Source: Amoebophrya sp. A120
Lineage: Eukaryota; Protista; Dinoflagellata
Length of the DNA: 10,657 nt
Assembly: GCA_905178155.1 (NCBI GenBank)
Contig: CAJINV010000004.1
Span: 1,780,299-1,790,955 of the forward strand
Reading direction: 5' to 3'
This document shows, piece after piece, positions 1 through 7,800 of the stretch; positions within the stretch are counted from its first letter, which is position 1, and the number at the start of each line of letters is the position of its first letter. Both the position numbers and the translations under genes were made by a program. The notes under the pieces were generated by a model. It saw only the letters and a list, made by a program, of their open reading frames with translations. It was not told where the DNA came from and searched no databases.

Positions 1-107
1 GCATCAAATCCTTCTGCTTTAGCATCAATTCCTTCTGTTTTAGCATCAATTCCTTCTGTTTTAGCGTCAATTCCTTCTGTTTTAGCATCAATTCCTTCTG
101 TTTTTGC
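1..107. repeat. 21-bp tandem repeat (GCATCAATTCCTTCTGTTTTA), 5 copies, possibly truncated by the window start
   Basis: Units start at 1, 22, 43, 64 and 85, with 0-2 substitutions each and no spacers. Confidence 0.95.
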
Positions 108-151
108 TTTTTTCTAAATATCACACATGTTGTGATATCAGCAGCGCAGTC

Positions 152-213
152 GACTTTTCTCCTTTGGTCCTGTGATATCACGTGATATCACGTGAAATCA
201 AAGGAGAAAAGTC
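152..213. repeat. Near-perfect 62-bp palindrome with iterated GTGATATCAC core
   Basis: GACTTTTCTCCTTTG (152-166) is the exact reverse complement of CAAAGGAGAAAAGTC (199-213). The centre GTGATATCACGTGATATCAC (172-191) is self-complementary. A smaller hairpin ATATCACA/TGTGATAT lies at 118-138. Confidence 0.9.
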
Positions 214-249
214 TTTTTTCAAAGTTTAAAGACCCCTTTTTCTTATCAG

Positions 250-990
250 ATCGACAATCTCCGTCCGGCTTTTGGCGTTTCGGTAAAAACCAGAAGACTG
301 CCAAGCCACCCGTCCCCCACGACAGCGGCCGGGGCTCATCATCTGCTTCCAAAGTCGCTCGCCTCCGCCCCCTCGGCTGGATCCTCAACACGGAATATTA
401 ATTCGCGAAACCTCCGCAGCCGCACGCCAAGTCCCCACAAAAACGCCAGATCTTCATCGTGTTCGGCGGAAGTAGAAGAGAGAAGTATGATCTTTTTTGT
501 ACTATCCTTGGTGTTGATGTAGTGCGTCTAATTTTACTGTTTCTACAGAATCGACCAGCTGTCGTGGAGGACACCGATCCTGAACAAGATTGTAATCTAC
601 TTGCTCCCGTAACCATGCATTGGCATCTGCATGCTCATTTTGAAGCTACGCGTACGCATGAGAACTACCTGCAAATGGACACTTTCATCACATAGATACT
701 TACTTTACTAAGGTACAAGACTCCACTCCGTGGGAAATAAACCCGAAGCGCGACCTTCCGGTGCAGAGTCCGAAATCAGCCTGGACGCTGATATCCATAT
801 CCCAGCTACAACTTCCGCTATATCAGCAACAGCCGACCCCAACATGGGTGCAGAGAACGACGGCACGGCGTTGGTTCAGCCAGCGTCCGTTCTAAGTAGG
901 TTGGAATCCGCGCTCGCGGCGGCAGAGAGCAAGTTGCAGAATAGCCACATCTTCGAGCGGATCGCCAATCACCGGAAGAAGTGGCGATAA
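250..990 (+). CDS. Probable 3' exons of an upstream multi-exon gene, S/P/A-rich low-complexity protein (approx. 250-480, 549-588, 713-990)
   Basis: GC-rich open blocks each follow an AG (TTATCAG 249, TTCTACAG 548, CTAAG 712) and are separated by AT-rich spacers. The last block reads ...SRLESALAAAESKLQNSHIFERIANHRKKWR*. The first junction is uncertain and no domain was recognised. Confidence 0.4.
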
Positions 991-2189
991 AAAGTCAAAG
1001 AAATTGCGCCGGCTGGTCGGTGCGTCGACGACAAAGTGCTGCGGTTTTCTTTTTTGAAAACCATGTTACATTTTTTTCGTGTAGCCAGTACATTTATCGG
1101 AATCACGGACGAAGTGAATGTAGTCTCGAAACGCGTTTATTCTTAGGCATGCTTGCTGGTGTGTATGAATTTGAATTTTACAGCTGGTATTCTCGTAACA
1201 ACTGACTCTAATCGATCGCTTTGAATTATGCTTGATATGCGGCGCGCCTATGAATCAATGAAGCGTTCCTTGCCCAGAGAAGATGTTTTTTCAGCATGAG
1301 AAAAAGTGCAAAGAAACGCAAATCAATGAACCGAACAATAGGAAATGAGTTGTGTGTGCACAATTATCACGTGTAGAATTTGAGAGCATTTTTACCATTG
1401 CAGAATGAACAAGAGAACTTGTTGAATTTCGCTGCGTTGTTGCAAGATCGCTGATACACGACAAACATGAACGATTTACTCATCATCTCTTAATGCAGTA
1501 GCGGTCGTAGAAAGCGACCTGCTTGGGAGACGCAGTTGCGCAACGAAAGGCCAGATTCCGTATCTCTCTTTTGATTGTTTTCTTCAGTAGTTTATCGAGA
1601 GAATGAGAAGGTTGTGGTTGTCACGCGAACGAGAGTTGTGGTGCACCACCTCAAGTCGTGATCGGCGCGTCGTATGAATATGGTTTTCGTCACTAGCGAT
1701 CCACACATAAGCCTATTCAGAGCTCTCAAGTCTTTATGTCTTTCTCTTTCTTGATATTCGTCGACGTTCTATCAAGGAAAATTTTTGGTCGTTAGTCGCC
1801 TTTATTTTGTGTTTTTCGTTTGTAGTACAGTCGGCGTAGCAATACCAATACCCATCGATTCGTTGGTTACTACAGTCGTTATTCGTTGTATCGCATTGTT
1901 GAATATTTCAATTTTCTGCCGCAATCGTTTTGCACAACCATGACACACTTTCATCTCAAGACGAAAAGATCCCTAGCAGTAGTTGCATATCAACGAAAAT
2001 TGAGAAAGTCAACATCGCAAACGCGATCGGATTATTTACTAGGCTTAGTACTTGTTCAAAGATCATCGTTGTGTGCCCGTGCCAGGGGTGCTTCCATCCT
2101 ACTAACTCGGTGGAGTCGTGCCCTTCTTGTTTGCTACGGCGCCGCGGCGACTGCCCTCCCGCGAGACATTTTATTCCGACACGATTGCG

Positions 2190-4267
2190 ATGACGGTTTC
2201 AGCGGTCTCGGTAGAAGAAGACAAATTGCCGACGTCCTGCTCAGGGCCGCTGCAGCAGAATCAAAAGCTGCAGGACGAGGATATAGTTTCTTCACACGAC
2301 ATGATCAAGCTGTTCACTGCGGATGTTGTTGACGCGGAACGACCAGCAAAAGCCGATTTTAGTACTCCGCCGTCCGCAGCTGCACTTGTTGGAGAGCATC
2401 AAGAAAATGTGCCTGTTGTTTTGGTGCACGACCATCTTTGTAGTCGAGAACAAGAGTTGTTGCAAGTTTCATCCACTTGTACTTCTACAACGGGGGATAA
2501 CTCCTCTTTATTTTCCACTGCGTCGGCTACCAGCACCACGAAAAGTACCAGCCCGAGGGACGAGGTGGAAGTGGAGATTGAAACTGTATTACGTGATGAA
2601 GATGTCGAGCAGCAAAGCAAGCCTGTCTCTACTGAAGATCAAGAACTGCAGGAAGCACGTGGCAGTTGTGACCATGAAGGTGAAGGAATGGCAAGCAGCA
2701 CGACAACGCTACCTCCACCACCTTGCGCATCATCATTGAGTCCTCGCAGCACAAAAAGCAGTACCAGCAGTAGTCCCCGCACCACTTCTCTCGATTCGTT
2801 GTTCGAGAAGTTCGAATCCAGGTACCAACAAATGATGGAGCAGGCGAAGAAAGCGTTTGGCACGGAGGACCAGATTGAAACCAGTATCACCGCGGACTTA
2901 GACAACGAAGAAGAGGTGGCGGCCGTCGCATTCCAAACCGATCCAACCACCGGAAAAGTGAAGCTTAGCGTCGCGCCGACGCGGCAGGAGGAAATGGATC
3001 CCAGCGCACCGGCCTTTACCAGCGATCAAGATGGCAGCGCGCGGATGCACGCAGTGTTGCCGTGGGGAGTGTATAGGGGGGTGGAGCGTACTTACTACTT
3101 CTCTACTTTATGCTTTTATATTGAATTTCAGTTAATCTTAATTCTTTCTACATTGAGGTTCAGGCTCCTCGTCTGGCTCTTCAAAATGGATTAATATGCA
3201 GCTTGGTTCTTATTTCATCTGTCGAATATCAATGGCATGCAGTAAAAATTTCTAGAGCTACTTACACTTTAATAAATTTCTAGTTACAATTATTCACGAT
3301 TTATGACAACAGAAAAACTAAAAAACTACTCATGTCTATCGGCCCTGCAAAAATCTCGGAAAGTACTATAACAGACGACTTTTCCCCGGAGTTGTGGGAC
3401 GCCGATGACCCGAATCGGTTCGCCATTTGTGCGCGCAACATCGTGCGCGAGGGAAAGCTTCGCGGCCTCCAAGTGCGCCGTCAGAAAACCGTGTGCGGCT
3501 ACGGGTGCGGGTTGTTCGCGTTGCGGCGGTTTTCCAAGGGCGACACGGTTACACACTACATGGGCAGGCTGGTCTGCAAGGAATTGCCTCCTGCTCCTAC
3601 AAGAATTACTGCGTCAACAGGGACAGAAGATATGGAGCATATTAATTCGGTGGCCAAAAGTTCATCCTGCACGACAATAGCACCAGATCACGCAGCAGCA
3701 CCACCAGCAGTGCTGTCATCTTCTTGTTGTTCATCTACTTCGTCTTCTACTAGCAATATGAAGCAAGAAACAATGGAGCATTTTTCCATCTCCGCTACGT
3801 TTGCGGACAAAATCCGTACCGCGCGGGAGCACTCCCAGTTCCAGAAGGTAAAATTTGAAGACTCCGTTCGTACCGACCGGGGCTACCGCTACATGCTGGA
3901 AATGGACCGCTATCACAATCTCGACGGGGGCACCGGCGGGCCACGCCCGTTCGCCGCCTGGCTGTCCGCCTACTCGAACAGCTGCCGAGGGATAGTTCAA
4001 GATGGTGCATCAACAAACGAACCGGAAACTTCGGAAACAAACCCAGCGCCAGCAGCGGAGAACATGGTCGCAGTGGTGGACCACGTGAAGGGGTTCCACT
4101 TTACCGTGGTGCGGTTTGTCGCGACAAGGGATATCGAACCCGAAGAGGAGCTCCTTTGGGACTACGCCTTCGCGACACATTGCTGCGAAAAGGCCGAGGA
4201 GTACGAGGACCCCGTATGGGAGGCCATTTGCCGACTGTCAGGGGTAGAAACGGACGAGCAGCGGTAG
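2190..4267 (+). CDS. SET-domain protein (putative lysine methyltransferase) with long S/T/E-rich N-terminus; join(2190..3087,3375..4267), ~596 aa
   Basis: SET motifs occur in order: GCGLFALRRFSKGDTVTHYMG (GxGLFA...YxG), AYSNSC (degenerate RFINHSC) and VRFVATRDIEPEEELLWDY. A canonical phase-1 GT-AG intron joins ORFs 2118-3194 and 3332-4267 in frame (...YRGVE-H-DFSPELW...). The start ATG at 2190 is assumed. Confidence 0.8.
3088..3374 (+). other. Canonical GT-AG intron (287 nt) in the SET gene
   Basis: C|GTACTT...ATAACAG|AC, AT-rich, and its removal restores one reading frame. Confidence 0.7.
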
Positions 4268-4870
4268 TAGAACGACACTATATCTTCTTCACTGATCAAC
4301 ACATGAGGACATAGAGGCCAGCATGGTTAAGTAGTACATTGCTGCGTGTCCTCTGTACATACTCTAATTCTCAGTGTAGTTCGTTGTGTCAGGTAAACAA
4401 CCACTAGAGTCGCACTAATGTTTTCCGCCTGTTGACATGAAATTTTTCTTGACGAGGCATGGGGCTTGACGTTCGTCATCGTCTCCTTCTCTTCGGCGAA
4501 ACAGGTTTTCTTGAACCTTTATTTGGGGCAAGAAGGACAAGCAACGAATTCCTTCTCCTGCAAAGAAGTACCATCGTCGTCGATGTCGATAATATCGTTT
4601 TCTAGCTCTCACTTCCCTTTTACGAACTAAAATAAGCATCGTTGCGTGTCGCGTTGAAGAGCAAGAGACGGGTTTTGAGAGAAGGGGAGACGTCGTGAAG
4701 CCCATAGAGTAAGAAACGACGGAGGAGAGAAATCGAAGATGTGAGACTAGTGCACCTTGATGATGATGAACTTGAAGTTGGTTCGATTACTAAAACGATC
4801 TCATTGATGCCACACTGTCCACTTTGTTTGTCCTCTCGATCATCGAATCTGGTTGTCGCCACCAATTAAG

Positions 4871-7800
4871 ATTTGGACGGTGCTGGTACGGAGAAACCAA
4901 CGTAAGTATGACCGTTTCAGTTCTTTCACCATCTTGACAGCTGCACGGCCCAAAAGCCGATTGTACTAGCTGGCCGACGGGCACTTGTACTAGTAGTGAA
5001 CAACAGTACAGAAGCTCTTGTGCTGTCTTTGTATCAAACATGTAAAGAACACGACCCGACACGCCGACCCCGATTATACCCCGGTCGTCCAGTGTCAAGA
5101 TTATACTGCCTTCGCACAAAGACGACCCAACGTTCTTGTACTACGACAATATGACCGACAACAAGTCCATCGAGGAGGTCCGCGAGACGGTGGCCGTCGG
5201 CGTGGCCGGCGCGCAGGCGGACCGTCGCGAGGCGGACAAGCAGCTACCGAACAGCAAACGGCCAGACCTGATGAGCGCCGACGTGCAGCCGCCACGCTTG
5301 GTGCAGGCCATCGTGCTGTTTCAGGCGCAAGTACGGGTGAAGAAATTTCTCCGCACCTTCGGCTCCAATGCCTACGCAGAGTTCCCGGATCTGGCCCCGC
5401 TGCCGCCGCAAATGGTGTTGGGCCTGTATTTGGTACGGCGGATGCTCAAACCCGGGTACGTGAACCTGAAGAAGGAAGCTCTGGGCGTAGCCGCGATCTT
5501 CACGGAGAAGGAGAGTATTCTACATTCATAGTTGATGTGTTTGTCTTTTTTATTCCGAAGTTGAATGTCAATGTTGGTGCCGGTGCTGCGTAGTCTTCCG
5601 TCATTACATAGCATGGCATAATATGATGGCTTTGTTTGTTATGCGTTGAGAAGATTGAGTTCGAGAAAACCGACTTGAATCTTTTAGATCTCTCTATGGC
5701 GATGATTGGCGATGCTCTCATGCGGTATTCGCGTTGCCTGAACTTCGACAACCCCGCTGTCCGCCTGCTGGAGGAGAAGTCGCATTTCATCAAGGTTGAC
5801 GCAATTGAAACGCTGGAGCATAAATTTCTCCTCAGAACGATGGAAATGCACCGCAACGCGGCGACCGAGTCGGTGACCCTGTACATGCGGCGGGCGATTG
5901 ACACTATGCATTGCAAAAGCATCGTACTAGTTCTAGTATAAATTGCAATACAAATTTCCTCAGCATTAGAGATGAAATTTGTAATGCGGATTTACCTCAA
6001 CACCTAGATTTGTAATGCAGGATTGCAATTAGTACGAGTGCGATGCTTGTGCATTGCATAGACACCGTCGTGAAACGATTCGACATTCCGGTGTATGACC
6101 TGGAAGAGTGCTGCGGCAAGTACGAGCGAATCTTGGCGAATCGTTTGGCGGAATTGCAAACGGAATACAGCGAGAAGCTCCGGCTTGCCCCGAATAGCTA
6201 CTCAATCCGGGAGATCATATCAAGTCCAAAAATGTCTGGGTCTGGAAGAATGCAAGTTTGTCATGCTTGTCTGGCATAACTCAAGAATCTGTGTTGCATA
6301 GGCACCAAAAGGCCCTCTTACCGGTCATGCAAAAACGCAGTTTGCGATGTGGAATACGTAAGACATGGGAGCCAAAAAATTTGTCATGCATAGCTGCGTA
6401 TTGCAGTGCGCCTGCCATTCACTTTTAACATATACAAGTTTCCAGACCCAGACATGTTTGCAATCCATAGATCAAAAAGGAGGCGGATTTTCTGCTCAGC
6501 GGATCGGTCAACGACCTCGCCGACTTCGCCAACAAAACGCAGAGAGCGATCAAGCAACGGAAGCAGTTTCTCGAGTCGGAGTTGGTGTCCCGATGGGACT
6601 TCCCGCTGCACGGGGTGCTGGGGCCGTTTGAATACGCTTTGCGGCAGTACGTGTCGGAGTTGGGGGCGAACCACCCCCAGGTGGTGAATTTTGAAGCGGA
6701 AGTCGCAAACCTCTACCGACGATACGAGAAGAAGTTTACCGAGGAGAGCCAGTCGATCGTATTGTTATACTGAGTTTCTCTTTCTTGTTTCATCTTAAGC
6801 GTACGGCTTTTCATGCGGACGTCTGCAGGAATGATTTTTTTTCATCGAAAAAGTAGGAAAACGTAGGGGAACGCGTGAAAAGTATATGTGTACTTGCGTT
6901 TTATCAGATCGACGAGCTGGAGCGGTTGGAAAAGGGCAAGGCCGCTGCGCCGCAGGTGAAGTCGGTTTTGCAGCACTTCGACCAGCAGATGCAGCTGCGG
7001 CTCGGGGAAGCGAAGGAGAACATTCTGTACTGGGGAAACTTGTTTGGCTTCGAGAAGTCGCAGGTACAGGACTATACCGGGCGACTGTGCAGTCCCAGGA
7101 CGAAAAACAAGGTATAAAAGAAGTATCACTGTTTTCACTACCTCCAAAACGACGCTCACGTTCTCCTGTAGCCCTCTCGAGGATGGCAACGTGATTCATT
7201 TGTTGGATGTAGTATGTAGTGAGGTCACCGAACGGTTCTAACCGGGGAGTTTTTTTGCCACCTACCGTGAAAAACGACCGGCAGTTTTCAAGCGGCCGGA
7301 AGCGTTTTTTGACATAAAAGATTTTCAATTATCAAGCCTCCGGGGCTTTGAAGTCAAACAAGCCCGGTCGAAAACTATCGATTCGCACTGGATAAAACGA
7401 CGCAGGGAAGCCGGCAAAAGGGGCGCCGTTCCGAGGCGCCCGCCGCCTTGGTTTCTGGCGATTTGGGGCGCCCAAAAAGGGGCGCGCAAAAAACGCGCCC
7501 AAAATCAGAACAGCGAAACAGCATGGCACGGCCGCGATTTCGGAGCATCTTGGGCGGCCGCGAAAGCGGCCGCCTTTTCGCCGGTTTTAGAGCCTGGGAA
7601 GCTTTGCAAAAAGCGCCGGCGTGAAAAATAAAAACGCGAAAAATAAAAAACGCCCCAGACGCGCAAAGCCAATCCGCATGCTATGGGCCCGGTTTTTCTT
7701 CGCTTTTTGGGCGCCCCCCGTGGCACCCGGATCGGCCCCATAGCATCGGGGCTGGCTTTCGGAAAGGAATTTGGGAAATGTGCCAAAATTTGTGATGTTT

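Noticed and set aside
1-107. CRISPR array or telomeric repeat
   Set aside because: The units are head-to-tail with no spacers, there are no cas genes, and the unit is not a TTAGGG/TTTAGGG-type repeat.
991-2189. Genes, RNA genes or a dinoflagellate spliced-leader relic in the AT-rich spacer
   Set aside because: No convincing coding bias, tRNA/rRNA structure or CCGTAGCCATTTTGGCTCAAG match found by eye. Treated as UTR/intergenic.
4707-4870. Additional 5' exon of the large gene (KRRRREIED...)
   Set aside because: It is in a compatible frame and has an AAGAT repeat, but several junctions are possible and no start codon can be fixed, so it was left out of the model.
7112-7171. Canonical GT-AG intron (AAG|GTATAA...TGTAG)
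   Set aside because: It leads to PSRGWQRDSFVGCSM* and is out of phase with the 7209/7212 donors and the 8085 exon. It is disfavoured but not excluded without cDNA.
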